Origin: an uncultured bacterium
GTDB taxonomy: Bacteria; Patescibacteriota; Minisyncoccia; Phycocordibacterales; GWA1-40-21
Assembly: GCA_963804975.1 (NCBI GenBank)
Contig: CAWDSG010000002.1
Span: 277,015-341,014 of the forward strand
Length of the DNA: 64,000 nt
Reading direction: 5' to 3'
A program made the translations under genes and the position numbers. The first letter of the stretch is position 1, and each line of letters begins with the position of its first letter. The notes below the pieces were generated by a model. It had not been told where the DNA came from and did not search any database. It was given only the letters and a program-made list of their open reading frames with translations. Of this stretch, positions 10,083 through 20,622 are shown piece by piece.

Positions 10083-11216
10083 ATGGAACCAACAAAGAAA
10101 TCTATGAAATGGCTGTGGGGAATAGTTGTGATTATTGCCATTATTATTCTTGCGCTTGCTTCAAGCAAGCCAAAAGAAACAGGACCGATTAAAATTGGGT
10201 TTATTGCTCCTCTTACCGGAGATGCTGCTAGTTTAGGACAAAACTCTCGTGCTGCTGTTGAAATATCAGTAAAAGAAATAAATGATGCAGGAGGTATTAA
10301 TGGCCGTCCGCTTGAAATTATTTATGAAGATGGACAATGTTCAGGCAAGCCAGCATCTGATGCTGCCAACAAACTTATAAATATAGACAAAGTTCCCGTA
10401 ATTATTGGAGGTCTTTGTTCCGGAGAAACCTCTTCTTTCACTGATGCAGCAGAAAAATCAAAAACAGTAGTTCTTTCTTATTGTTCTTCAGCTCCAGCTT
10501 TAACTTTTGCAGGAGATTATATATTCAGAAATTATCCGTCAGATTCTTATCAAGGATCTTTTGCGGCTGATTATATTTATAATAAACTGGGCAAAAGAAA
10601 TGTTGCTGTTCTTTATGTAAATACTGACTACGGAGTTGGTATTAAAGATGTATTTGATAAAAAATTCAAGGAACTTGGTGGGAACCTTCTTGATGAGGAA
10701 AGTTTTAAACAAAACAGTTCGGATTTAAGAACAGAATTAACAAAAATTAAATCTGTCAAACCGGAACTAGTTTATTTTATTGGTTATACTGAAGAAACCA
10801 TACCTGGAATAAAACAAGCAAAAGATTTGGGAATTAATGTGCCGTATTTTGGAGCTGATGCATGGGGTGATTCAAAAATATGGAGTACTCTTGGCTCTTT
10901 GGCTGAAGGAGATATGTATACGATGGTTTATACTCCTTTAAACGATGCTTTCAAATCAAACATGCTGGCAAAAATTGGGAACAATGAAATCACGGTTTGT
11001 ACTCCGCAAGCATATGATGCTGTAAAAATTATAGCTCAAATTATTACAAAAGTAGGTACAAATTCGGAAGCAATAAAAAACGAGCTTTATAAAACAGAAT
11101 ACAAAGGTGGTGTGTCTGCTCCTGACATAAAATTTGATTCAAATGGAGATGTAAATATTCCTTATGTTCTTAAAACTGTTAAAGATGGAAAATTTGTTTT
11201 ACTTCAAAATATTTAA
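10083..11216 (+). CDS. ABC substrate-binding protein, LivK/LivJ-like (paralog 1)
   Basis: N-terminal TM anchor, IKIGFIAPLTG, GGINGRPLEIIYEDGQC, AYDAV. Confidence 0.88.
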   Translation: MEPTKKSMKWLWGIVVIIAIIILALASSKPKETGPIKIGFIAPLTGDAASLGQNSRAAVEISVKEINDAGGINGRPLEIIYEDGQCSGKPASDAANKLINIDKVPVIIGGLCSGETSSFTDAAEKSKTVVLSYCSSAPALTFAGDYIFRNYPSDSYQGSFAADYIYNKLGKRNVAVLYVNTDYGVGIKDVFDKKFKELGGNLLDEESFKQNSSDLRTELTKIKSVKPELVYFIGYTEETIPGIKQAKDLGINVPYFGADAWGDSKIWSTLGSLAEGDMYTMVYTPLNDAFKSNMLAKIGNNEITVCTPQAYDAVKIIAQIITKVGTNSEAIKNELYKTEYKGGVSAPDIKFDSNGDVNIPYVLKTVKDGKFVLLQNI

Positions 11217-11245
11217 AATTTATTTATTAATTATTAATTAAAAAC

Positions 11246-12394
11246 ATGGAGCCAAATAAAAATTCAATGAAGTGGGTATGGACAGCGATTGTCATAGTAA
11301 TTGTCGTAATCATTATCGGTGTTTTTACATCCCAAAGTTCGGCAAAGACGGTAAAAATCGGCTTTATCAGTCCGATGAGCGGCCAATCTGCGGCATATGG
11401 AGAATATGCAAGAAGAGCTTTTGAAATCGGCTTGGACGATTGGAATTCAACACATACCTATAAAATGGAAGCGGTTTATGAGGATGGAAAATGCGCTCCG
11501 GCAGATGCCGCCACAGCTGCCAATAAATTGATAAATATAGATAAGGTAAATTTCATAATGACGTTTTGCACGGGGGAAACGAATGCTGTCGTGCCTATAA
11601 CCGAAAGTCATAAGGTTATTCTTTTGACTGCCGGAACCACTGCTCCGAATATCACAAAAGGCAAATATGTTTTCAGGAATATCGGTTCTGTGGGAAGCGG
11701 TCTGCCTAAACTGACGCAGATGGCCTATGACTTCAATAAAAAAATCGCTTTGATATCCGAGAATACCAACTACGCGATTTCATCGAAAGACGCGTTCAAA
11801 CAGCAATTTACTGCTCTTGGCGGAACGGTTGTATTTGATGAATCATTTGACTCAAAAAGTATGGATTTCAGGACAATCATTTCTAAATTAAAGAGTGCCG
11901 GTATTTCCTCTGTTTTTGTCGTTGTTCAAGCACTTGATAATTCTGGATTATTATTCAAGCAGATGAAAGAGCTAAATTATCATCCTCAAATTTTTTCTAC
12001 GGAAGCTGCAATTAGCGACAAATCTCTAGAAAAGTACATAACGGAAGGATATGAGAATATTATTGAAGGAGCAATTCTCATCACTCCTTACTTCGACAGG
12101 ACAAATTCAATAGCGGCTCACTTGTTAGGTGTGTATCAAGACAAATATCAATCAACAAAAGGCCCTATTCCTGAAGAATACCTAGCGACGCATTATGATG
12201 CTGTTTTTTTGCTCGGAGACGCTTCAATGAGTGTCGGGACAAATTCGGATTCAGTCAGGCAATATTTCCTGACAAAAATTAAAAATTGGCAGGGGGCAAT
12301 CGGCAGTTTCAGCTTTGATGCAACCGGCGATGCCGTAACAAGCGTAGTCGCCGAAACCGTTAAAGGCGGAAAAATTGTTCCCCTCACAAAATAA
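11246..12394 (+). CDS. ABC substrate-binding protein, LivK/LivJ-like (paralog 2)
   Basis: VKIGFISPMSG, YEDGKC, HYDAVFLL, FSFDATGD. Confidence 0.85.
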   Translation: MEPNKNSMKWVWTAIVIVIVVIIIGVFTSQSSAKTVKIGFISPMSGQSAAYGEYARRAFEIGLDDWNSTHTYKMEAVYEDGKCAPADAATAANKLINIDKVNFIMTFCTGETNAVVPITESHKVILLTAGTTAPNITKGKYVFRNIGSVGSGLPKLTQMAYDFNKKIALISENTNYAISSKDAFKQQFTALGGTVVFDESFDSKSMDFRTIISKLKSAGISSVFVVVQALDNSGLLFKQMKELNYHPQIFSTEAAISDKSLEKYITEGYENIIEGAILITPYFDRTNSIAAHLLGVYQDKYQSTKGPIPEEYLATHYDAVFLLGDASMSVGTNSDSVRQYFLTKIKNWQGAIGSFSFDATGDAVTSVVAETVKGGKIVPLTK

Positions 12395-12419
12395 TTATTA
12401 ATTATTAGTTTAAAATATT

Positions 12420-13550
12420 ATGGACCAAACAAAAAGCAATGCAGGGAAGTGGGTGTGGGGGATTATCATAATAATTATTTTGATTGTAATTTTTTCTCTA
12501 TCCGGTGGGAAAAAAGAAACCGGCCCGATAAAAATTGGGGTTATTACGCCTCTTTCTGGGGACACTGCTTTATATGGGGAGGTGGTAAGAAATAGCATTG
12601 AATTGGCAGTAAAAGACATAAATCTATCTGGCGGAATAAACGGCCGACAAATACAAACGATATACGAAGATAGCAAATGTTCGGGCAAGGAAGCTGCTAC
12701 CGCTGCACAAAAATTAGTTAATATAGATAAGGTTAAATATATCATTGGCGACTTTTGCAGTGGAGGAGTTCTTAGCGAAATTCCAATAACAGATCCGGCA
12801 AAAGTTTTTGTTATATCTCCTTCAGCATCAGCGCCTAAATTGTCAGGAATAAGCAAATATTTTGTCAGAAATTCTCCTAGCGATTCTATCACAGGAATTA
12901 TTCTTGCTGATTATCTTTTAAAAATGAAATATAAATCAGTAGCGATTATATCCGAGCAAACCGATTATGCTCAGGGTATAAGAGATGTATTTATAGCACA
13001 AGCTCAGAAAGATAATCTAACTGTCACAGCTAATGAAAATTTCGTCTCGGGAGTAACCGATTTTCGTTCTCAGCTTTCAAAGATAAAAATTCAAAATCCT
13101 GATGTATTATTTATTAATCCTCAGAGTCCGGTTAGCTTAGTGCAAATTGCCGAGCAAGCAAGGGTACTTGGCATTAAATCTCAATTTGTCGGGTCATTGG
13201 GCGGAACTGATCCAAATCTATATACAAAATACACTCAAGGTATGATTTTTGCCGATTTGACCGGTTTAACAGGTGATAAAGGCAAAGAATATATGAATAA
13301 GTATATTGCAGCGTATAATGTTGCTCCTAATATTCCGTTATATGATGGGGCAGCGTATGATGATGTTTACTTGATTACGCAAGCCATATCTTCTGTTGGA
13401 GATGATTCCACTAAAGTTGCGGAATATTTGCGAGCAATGCCTAGCTACACTGGCGTCCTTGGTACATATCACTTTGATAAAAATGGGGATCTCGTCGGAG
13501 CCGGTATAGTAATGCAAAAAGTATCTGGTAACAAGGTAATTGAATTATAA
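12420..13550 (+). CDS. ABC substrate-binding protein, LivK/LivJ-like (paralog 3)
   Basis: IKIGVITPLSG, GGINGRQI, YEDSKC, FDKNGD. Confidence 0.88.
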   Translation: MDQTKSNAGKWVWGIIIIIILIVIFSLSGGKKETGPIKIGVITPLSGDTALYGEVVRNSIELAVKDINLSGGINGRQIQTIYEDSKCSGKEAATAAQKLVNIDKVKYIIGDFCSGGVLSEIPITDPAKVFVISPSASAPKLSGISKYFVRNSPSDSITGIILADYLLKMKYKSVAIISEQTDYAQGIRDVFIAQAQKDNLTVTANENFVSGVTDFRSQLSKIKIQNPDVLFINPQSPVSLVQIAEQARVLGIKSQFVGSLGGTDPNLYTKYTQGMIFADLTGLTGDKGKEYMNKYIAAYNVAPNIPLYDGAAYDDVYLITQAISSVGDDSTKVAEYLRAMPSYTGVLGTYHFDKNGDLVGAGIVMQKVSGNKVIEL

Positions 13551-13551
13551 A

Positions 13552-13586
13552 AAATCAAAAACCTCTCAAAAAGAGGTTTTTGATTT
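13552..13586 (+). terminator. Intrinsic terminator inside the liv cluster
   Basis: AAATCAAAAACCTCT/AGAGGTTTTTGATTT inverted repeat. Confidence 0.75.
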
Positions 13587-13636
13587 GGTAATTTTATGAT
13601 AAAATATGAATTCAATATAAAATTTACACTGTAAAT

Positions 13637-14503
13637 ATGGATTATTTAATTCACCTTGCGATTCTGATAGGAATTTATGTAATACTCGGTATTTCGCTCA
13701 ACCTTGTCGTGGGTTATACCGGCCTGCTTTCTGTTACCCAAGCCGCTTTTTACGGAATCGGCGCTTACACCACGGCGATACTTCTGACGACTACAGGAAT
13801 GAATTTTTTCCTGTCGGTCATTGTCGGAATAATAATCACGGCGATTGCCAGCTTGCTTATCGGCTATGTCTTGTCCAAATTCAAAGACGATTATTATGCA
13901 CTCGGTTCCTTCGGTTTCAATATCATCGTTTACAGCATATTCTTAAATTGGCAAAGTTTTACCAGAGGTCCTCTCGGCATTCCGGGAATAAAAAGGCCGG
14001 AAATTTTCGGTTTCAGTTTCAATGAAAATATTTATTTTCTGATTCTCGTCGTTGTCATTGCGGTGATAATTTATTACATCGCAAAATTCCTAGTGAACTC
14101 GTCTTTCGGCAGAGTTTTGAAAACAATAAGGGAAGACGAAGAAGCGATTCAGGTTTTTGGATACAATACTTTGTTTTTCAAGCTGACTATCTTTGTCATC
14201 GGCGCCTGTATGGCAGCGGTTGCCGGTTCGCTTTTTGCCACATACATCACTTACATTGACCCGTCATCTTTTGCTTTAGCCGAATCAATCTTCATTCTTT
14301 CAATAATTATTTTGGGCGGACTTTCAAATAATAAAGGCGCTGTCATCGGGGCTGTTTTTCTGGTCCTATTGCCCGAAATCCTTCGATTTGTGGGCTTTTC
14401 TTCGGACATTGCAGCCCAAATGCGCCAGGTGACTTATGGCCTGATTTTGATATTATTAATGCTGTACAGGCCGCAAGGTTTGATAGGCGAGTATAAGATT
14501 TAG
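13637..14503 (+). CDS. livM: Branched-chain amino acid ABC transporter permease LivM-like
   Basis: SLNLVVGYTGLLS..QAAFYGIGAY, TRGPLGIPGI, SSFGRVLKTIREDE, RPQGLIG. Confidence 0.9.
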   Translation: MDYLIHLAILIGIYVILGISLNLVVGYTGLLSVTQAAFYGIGAYTTAILLTTTGMNFFLSVIVGIIITAIASLLIGYVLSKFKDDYYALGSFGFNIIVYSIFLNWQSFTRGPLGIPGIKRPEIFGFSFNENIYFLILVVVIAVIIYYIAKFLVNSSFGRVLKTIREDEEAIQVFGYNTLFFKLTIFVIGACMAAVAGSLFATYITYIDPSSFALAESIFILSIIILGGLSNNKGAVIGAVFLVLLPEILRFVGFSSDIAAQMRQVTYGLILILLMLYRPQGLIGEYKI

Positions 14504-14540
14504 TTTAGTAAATTTATTAATTATTAATTTAAACTTTGAT

Positions 14541-15680
14541 ATGAAAAGCGTAAAAATTTGGTTCGGTGTAGTAATTGTAATCTTACTGGTTTTGTTAATT
14601 ATAACTCAAACAAAACAAAGCGCTTCGGACAAAACAATAAAAATCGGTTTCATAGGAGCTTTAAGCGGTAACGCATCGGCATTGGGTATTCCTCCCAAAC
14701 AAGCAATTGAAATTGCTGTTCAAGATATAAACGATAATGGCGGTATAGGCGGAAAAAAATTGGAAATTGTCTATGAAGATGGCAAATGCACCGCAAAAGA
14801 TGCTGTTTCCGCAATAAATAAACTAATTAATATAGATAATATAAATATAATTATCGGCGGACAATGCAGTTCTGAAACACTCGGAGCGGCACCTATTGCA
14901 GAATCAAACCATGTTCTTTTAATCTCTCCTATGGCAATGAGCCCGCAAATTACAGGGTCTGGAGATTTTATTTTTAGAACAGTTTATTCAGATCAATTAA
15001 CAGCAGAAAAGCTTGCGACATACGCAGTACAAAATCTTGGTGTTAAAAAAGTGGCTATGCTATTTGAAAAAACCGATTATTCACAGGACTATAAAAAGGC
15101 ATTCCTGAATAAATTCATTGCTCTTGGCGGAGAAGTCGTTTCAGAAGAAGATTATTCGTCAGATGTAACCGATTTAAAAACCGAAGTATCAAAAATAAAG
15201 GCGTCAAATCCGGACGCTGTTGTATTTGTGCCGCAAACCGAGGCCAAGGAAATACTAGGTTTGAATGTGCTAAACGAATTCACTCCAAAAATGAAAGTTT
15301 TATCAAGTATTGTTTTGGAGAAACAGTCGGTATTGGATTTGTCAAAAAATCTTAACCTTAATCTATATTATTCAATACCGGTTTATGACACAGGATCTGA
15401 TGCCGCCAAAAAACTTTTTAACGAATATACCGCAAAATACGGGAAGGTGGATGGAGTTCCGTTTCAAATGTTAAATTCTTATGACACCGTATATCTCTTG
15501 AAATATTTGGTTGAGAATAACGGAACTGATCCAATTAAACTTAAAAATTCTCTGTACAAAGTTAATGGATGGCAGGGAGCGTCAGGAGTATTTAGATTCG
15601 ATAAGAATGGAGACAGGATTTCAGACAACATCGTAATTAATGGCGTTAAAGACGGTAAAATTGTTAGTATAACGAAATAA
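14541..15680 (+). CDS. ABC substrate-binding protein, LivK/LivJ-like (paralog 4)
   Basis: IKIGFIGALSG, GGIGGKKLEIVYEDGKC, FDKNGDR. Confidence 0.88.
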   Translation: MKSVKIWFGVVIVILLVLLIITQTKQSASDKTIKIGFIGALSGNASALGIPPKQAIEIAVQDINDNGGIGGKKLEIVYEDGKCTAKDAVSAINKLINIDNINIIIGGQCSSETLGAAPIAESNHVLLISPMAMSPQITGSGDFIFRTVYSDQLTAEKLATYAVQNLGVKKVAMLFEKTDYSQDYKKAFLNKFIALGGEVVSEEDYSSDVTDLKTEVSKIKASNPDAVVFVPQTEAKEILGLNVLNEFTPKMKVLSSIVLEKQSVLDLSKNLNLNLYYSIPVYDTGSDAAKKLFNEYTAKYGKVDGVPFQMLNSYDTVYLLKYLVENNGTDPIKLKNSLYKVNGWQGASGVFRFDKNGDRISDNIVINGVKDGKIVSITK

Positions 15681-15707
15681 ATCTGGCTTGCCAGTTGAAA
15701 TTAAATA

Positions 15708-16460
15708 ATGCAAGTCCTAAAAACCAAATCAATTACAAAACATTTTAGCGGGGTGCATGCCGTGGATAATCTTTCTATTTCTTTTGAAAGCGGGAAAATC
15801 ACCGGCATCATCGGGCCGAACGGCTCGGGCAAATCCACCTTGGTGAATTTATTTTCCGGAATCGTGCCTATCGATAGCGGAACGGTTGTTTTTGACAATG
15901 CAGAGGAATTAAAAAGCATAAAAACTTATGAAATAGCGGATTATGGAATCGTCAGGACTTTTCAGGAAGTCAGATTGTTTGAGCAGATTCCGGTTTTGGA
16001 TAATATTTTGGCGGTCATCACAAAAAGAAATGTCATCGGTTCTATTTTTGAAAAGCACAAGAAATTCCACTTGGACAGAGCGGAAAATGTGCTGAAAAGA
16101 GTCGGACTTTGGGAAAAAAGGCACGAACTGGCAAAAAATCTTTCTTACGGACAGAGAAAACTTTTGGAAATTGCCAGAGTTCTCGCAATGCTGAGCGGGG
16201 AAGGTGTGGAAGGGGAAATATTTTTGTTTGACGAGCCGTTTGCCGGACTATTCCAAGAAATGAAAGATGTCGTCCTCCAAATCATAAAAGAACTGAAAGA
16301 AAAAGGAAAAACCGTCGTTCTTATAGAACATAATATGGAAATCATCAGAAATATCTGCGACCATGTTTTTGTGCTGGATAGCGGTAAGCTATTGGCGCAA
16401 GGATCGCCCGATGAAGTCCTCTCAAAAAAAGAAGTTATTGAGGCGTATTTGGGGAAGTAA
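15708..16460 (+). CDS. livG: ABC ATPase LivG-like
   Basis: GPNGSGKST, RTFQ, LSYGQRKLLEIAR, DEPFAG, IEHNM, VIEAYLG. Confidence 0.9.
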   Translation: MQVLKTKSITKHFSGVHAVDNLSISFESGKITGIIGPNGSGKSTLVNLFSGIVPIDSGTVVFDNAEELKSIKTYEIADYGIVRTFQEVRLFEQIPVLDNILAVITKRNVIGSIFEKHKKFHLDRAENVLKRVGLWEKRHELAKNLSYGQRKLLEIARVLAMLSGEGVEGEIFLFDEPFAGLFQEMKDVVLQIIKELKEKGKTVVLIEHNMEIIRNICDHVFVLDSGKLLAQGSPDEVLSKKEVIEAYLGK

Positions 16461-16495
16461 TTGACAAATAATTTAATAAACCATAATATAAAAAT

Positions 16496-17611
16496 ATGGA
16501 ACAAAATAATTTTTCGTTAAAAAATATCTGGGTCTGGATAGTTATTATATTGGTAATCGTTTTGATTCTGGTTTTCGGCAATAATGCAAATAAAAACGAA
16601 ATAAAAATCGGAATGATTTTACCGTTAACCGGGACAGCAGCTCAATATGGGGAACAGCTGAAAGATGGAGCACAGATTGCAGAAAGTGAATTAAAAAATA
16701 CCGGAGCTAATGTAAAAATTTTCTATGAAGATAGCGCAGCAGATCCGACAACAGGTCTTTCCGCTTACAGAAGATTGGTTGATGTAGATAAAGTTGATTA
16801 CATCGTTTCTGCCATGACTCGATCTACACTGCCTTTGCTTGATTCATTAAATAAGGACAAAATTCCCATGATAATGACTCTTGTCGCCGGAGATTGGGAT
16901 AAAACAAAAACTAAATATGCCTTGCGATTCTATCCTACAGCAAGACAATATGTCAGAGGAGATAATTCCGATAAAATTTTGAACGGACTGAAATCAGTCG
17001 GTGTTATAAATGTTAATGATGCGTACGGTCAATCTGTCGTAAAAGAAGTTCAGACTTTTGCAAAAGAAAAAGGCTTTACAGTCGGAATGGTAGAAAGCTA
17101 TTCGGCAAATAATACCGACTACCGTTCAAGTTTATTGAAATTAAAAAATAGCGGTGTGGATTCGATCTTGATGATATCTTCAAGCCCGGTTGAGCTATCC
17201 GGCATAGCAAAACAATATAAGGAATTGAATATCAAACAAAAGCTTTTTGATGCTTCAGTCGGCTTGTCCAATCCAATAATAAGAGAGCAAAATAAAGATA
17301 TTCTTGAGGGCGTAGTCACTAAAGCGACAAAAGCTGAATTAACCAATAAAGATAAATCAGCCCAAGATTTCTTTGATAAATATGAGAAACTATACAATAG
17401 CGAACCGTATTTTCCCGGAATATTTGGCTATGAATCCATAAGATTGATAAATGACTTTAATTCTCAAAATGGCTCTGATTTTGTTGAAAAAGCTTCCAAT
17501 TTGAAATCTATCTCAACAATAATGGGCGATATAAAGATCGACAATTACCAAGAAATAAATCCACCGATATATAATACTGTCATAAGAAATGGAGAGTTGG
17601 TGGAGTTCTAA
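16496..17611 (+). CDS. ABC substrate-binding protein, LivK/LivJ-like (paralog 5, divergent)
   Basis: IKIGMILPLTG, YEDSAADP; own promoter TTGACA(16461)-17-TAATAT. Confidence 0.8.
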   Translation: MEQNNFSLKNIWVWIVIILVIVLILVFGNNANKNEIKIGMILPLTGTAAQYGEQLKDGAQIAESELKNTGANVKIFYEDSAADPTTGLSAYRRLVDVDKVDYIVSAMTRSTLPLLDSLNKDKIPMIMTLVAGDWDKTKTKYALRFYPTARQYVRGDNSDKILNGLKSVGVINVNDAYGQSVVKEVQTFAKEKGFTVGMVESYSANNTDYRSSLLKLKNSGVDSILMISSSPVELSGIAKQYKELNIKQKLFDASVGLSNPIIREQNKDILEGVVTKATKAELTNKDKSAQDFFDKYEKLYNSEPYFPGIFGYESIRLINDFNSQNGSDFVEKASNLKSISTIMGDIKIDNYQEINPPIYNTVIRNGELVEF

Positions 17612-17638
17612 AAGGATATAAAATTAATAATTTAAAAT

Positions 17639-18733
17639 ATGAAAAAAATTTTTACTTGGTTAGTTGGTATTATAGCTGTGATTATTATAATTTTGATTTT
17701 TCAGAATAATACGACAAATCAGTCGGAGATAAAGGTTGGTGTCATCGGTCATTTCAGCGGCAATTACGCAGATTATGGAGTACCGATGAAAAATTCTATA
17801 GAGCTAGCAGCAGACGCGATTAATAAAAGCGGAGGCATAAATAACAGAAAAGTCCAATTGTATATTGAAGATGATGCCAGCAGTGCGTCTACAGCCGCAA
17901 CGGCAATGAACAAATTGATTTCTGTTGACAAGGTAAATTATATTTTATCTGCACAAGCGAGTGCAATAACTGCTGCGATTACTCCCATTGCACAAAGCAA
18001 CAAACGAATCTTGATGATTACATTAGGTTCTGCTCCTGACCTGACGAAAGTCGGCAATTATATTTTCCGTTCTGTTCCGTCCGATAGCTATCAAGGAATA
18101 AAAATGGTTGATTTGATAAATAATGATTTGAAATCCAAAAAAGTTGCCGGTTTGTATATAAATGACACTTATGGCGCGGGAATCAGGGATATCATAAATG
18201 AAAATCAAAAAGTTGCTAATGCAGATACCGAGATGTTTGAATCGCAAGCTACTGACGTAAGAACTCAATTATTGAAAATCAAACAAAGCGGTGCCGATAC
18301 ATTGGTAATCGTCGCTCATACTGAATATCCTGCGATTTTTAAACAGATAAAAGAATTGAGTTTGAATGTAAAAATTATCGCTTCGGAAACATTCAAAGAC
18401 AAAAATATTTTAAAGCAATGCGGTTCTAATACAGAAGGAGCAATGGTTACATTTATGGCGGATCAGAAAGATTATGTTGACTTCAATGATAATTACCAAA
18501 AAATGTTTAATACGGCTCCGTCGGCGTATAGCATGTATGGTTATGACGGGTTTATTGCTTTGGCTAAGGCAATTGAAAATAGCGGAGATAATGTTGAGAA
18601 AGTTAAAAACAATTTATCCAAAGTGCAATTCAACGGAGCTAGCGGTAATGTCGGCTTTGACGAAAATAGGAATAGAACAGGAATCACATATTCTGTTTTT
18701 AAAGTTGTTAATGGAGAATTTGTAAGATTATAA
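17639..18733 (+). CDS. ABC substrate-binding protein, LivK/LivJ-like (paralog 6)
   Basis: IKVGVIGHFSG, GGINNRKV, YIFRSVPSD, FNGASGNVGFD. Confidence 0.85.
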   Translation: MKKIFTWLVGIIAVIIIILIFQNNTTNQSEIKVGVIGHFSGNYADYGVPMKNSIELAADAINKSGGINNRKVQLYIEDDASSASTAATAMNKLISVDKVNYILSAQASAITAAITPIAQSNKRILMITLGSAPDLTKVGNYIFRSVPSDSYQGIKMVDLINNDLKSKKVAGLYINDTYGAGIRDIINENQKVANADTEMFESQATDVRTQLLKIKQSGADTLVIVAHTEYPAIFKQIKELSLNVKIIASETFKDKNILKQCGSNTEGAMVTFMADQKDYVDFNDNYQKMFNTAPSAYSMYGYDGFIALAKAIENSGDNVEKVKNNLSKVQFNGASGNVGFDENRNRTGITYSVFKVVNGEFVRL

Positions 18734-18754
18734 TTTTGTGCAATAATAGCAAGA

Positions 18755-19480
18755 ATGAAACAGGAATTTTTGCTAGAAATAAAAGATATCCACGTTCACT
18801 ACGGCGGAGTCAAAGCTTTAGACGGAGTGGGGATTATGCTTGATGAAGGCGAGATCGTTGCGCTTATGGGTCCGAACGGCGCGGGAAAATCCACCATACT
18901 CAAGACAATTTTCGGCCTTGCTCCTATTTATAGCGGAAAAGTTCTCTGGCACGAGAAAGAAATAAATCCCATACCGTATGAAATGGTTGATCGAAGCGTT
19001 TCTTTTGTGCCTCAAGGAAGAAGAGTGTTCAAAAGTCTTACTGTTAAAGAAAATCTGGAAATCGGAGCATATTCCGTGCGCAAGGATGAAGTAAAAGAGA
19101 AATTGGAAGATGTTTTGGATATATTTCCTATGCTGAAAGAAAAGATAAACGAAAAATCAGGGCATTTATCGGGCGGTCAGCAGCAGATGCTTGCAATCGC
19201 AAGGGGACTGATGATAGACCCGAAAGTTTTGCTTTTGGACGAGCCGACCTTGGGGCTTTCGCCAAAAATCGTGAAAGAAGTTTTTGAAAAAATAAAAGAA
19301 ATAAACCAAAGGCACAAAACAGCGATACTTATCGTAGAGCACAATATAAAATCAGTTCTTGATATTGTTGATCGGGCTTATATTTTGGATAAAGGAAAAA
19401 TCGTGGCGGCCGATATTTCAAAAAATATTATCCATAGTGACATTTTAGAAAAGATTTTTACTGGCAAACCAATCAATTAA
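18755..19480 (+). CDS. livF: ABC ATPase LivF-like
   Basis: [46 protein letters not shown]. Confidence 0.9.
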   Translation: MKQEFLLEIKDIHVHYGGVKALDGVGIMLDEGEIVALMGPNGAGKSTILKTIFGLAPIYSGKVLWHEKEINPIPYEMVDRSVSFVPQGRRVFKSLTVKENLEIGAYSVRKDEVKEKLEDVLDIFPMLKEKINEKSGHLSGGQQQMLAIARGLMIDPKVLLLDEPTLGLSPKIVKEVFEKIKEINQRHKTAILIVEHNIKSVLDIVDRAYILDKGKIVAADISKNIIHSDILEKIFTGKPIN

Positions 19481-19523
19481 GAAAACTGTATTAAATTTTA
19501 AAATCTGCTATTGTATCGATATT

Positions 19524-20622
19524 ATGTCATTATCAATTGGAATTGTCGGGCTTCCGAATGTTGGCAAGAGCACGCTGTTTAACGCTCTTACGAAAAAAGC
19601 GGTGGCTTGCGAGAATTATCCTTTTTGCACCATAGATCCGTCCGTGGGCGTTGTTGCCGTACCTGATGAAAGAATTTGGAAGCTTTCAAAATTTTCAAAA
19701 TCTGCGAAAACGATTCCGGCTGCGGTTGAGTTTGTTGATATCGCCGGACTTGTAAAAGGCGCGTCGGCAGGCGAGGGGCTTGGCAATCAATTTCTCACAA
19801 ATATCAGAGAGACCGATGCTATTGCCGAAGTCGTGAGAATTTTTGAGGATGAAAATATTATTCATGTTGCAAACAAAATAGATCCGCTCTCGGATATTGA
19901 AACCATAAATCTCGAGCTCGTTCTTGCCGACCTGCAGACGGTTTCAAAAAGAATTTCAAATTTAGGAAGCGAAATAAAAAGAGGAAATAAAAATGCTGTT
20001 ATAGAAAATAGCGGGCTTACAAAAATCAAGAACTGCCCTTGAGGCAGGGAAACTTGCGAGCACAGTTGTTTTGGAAGAAAAAGAATTGGTGGAAGTAAAA
20101 AAGCTTTGCCTTCTAACAATGAAGCCGATTCTTTATGTTCTAAACAAAAAAGCCGGAGGAAAAAATCTGGACGAAACAAAGGACGAAAAATTTCAAAAGC
20201 TTTTGAAATTTTTCGCCGACACACATTCTAAATATGTGATCGTAGATGCTGGAATTGAGCAGGAACTCAAAGATCTGGAAGGAACCGACAAAAAGGAAAT
20301 GCGGGAAGGGCTTGGTGTGAAGGACGACGGTATTGATAGTTTGATTAAAGCCGGGTACGATCTGCTCGGACTCATTACATTTCTTACGACAGGAGAAGAC
20401 GAAACTCGCGCCTGGACGATTAAAAAGGGTTGGACCGCACCAGAAGCCGGCACAGCTATTCACGGAGATTTCAAGGAGAAATTTGTCCGTGCAGAAGTAA
20501 TAGAATGGAATAAACTTTTAGAAGCTGGCTCATATGCAAACGCCCGTGAAAAAGGCCTGATACGGACGGAAGGAAAGGAATATATTGTAAAAGACGGCGA
20601 CGTGATTGAATTCAAGATATGA
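19524..20622 (+). pseudogene. ychF: Redox-regulated ATPase YchF, split by a +1 frameshift near 20031
   Basis: [18 protein letters not shown] half (19524-20042) and TGS half (ETRAWTI...GKEYIVKDGDV); removing one A at about 20031 restores [12 protein letters not shown]. Confidence 0.85.

Noticed and set aside
20040-20042. TGA in ychF as evidence for genetic code 25 readthrough
   Set aside because: The downstream half is in a different frame, and TGA ends intact genes elsewhere (livH, mnmA, pyrG)
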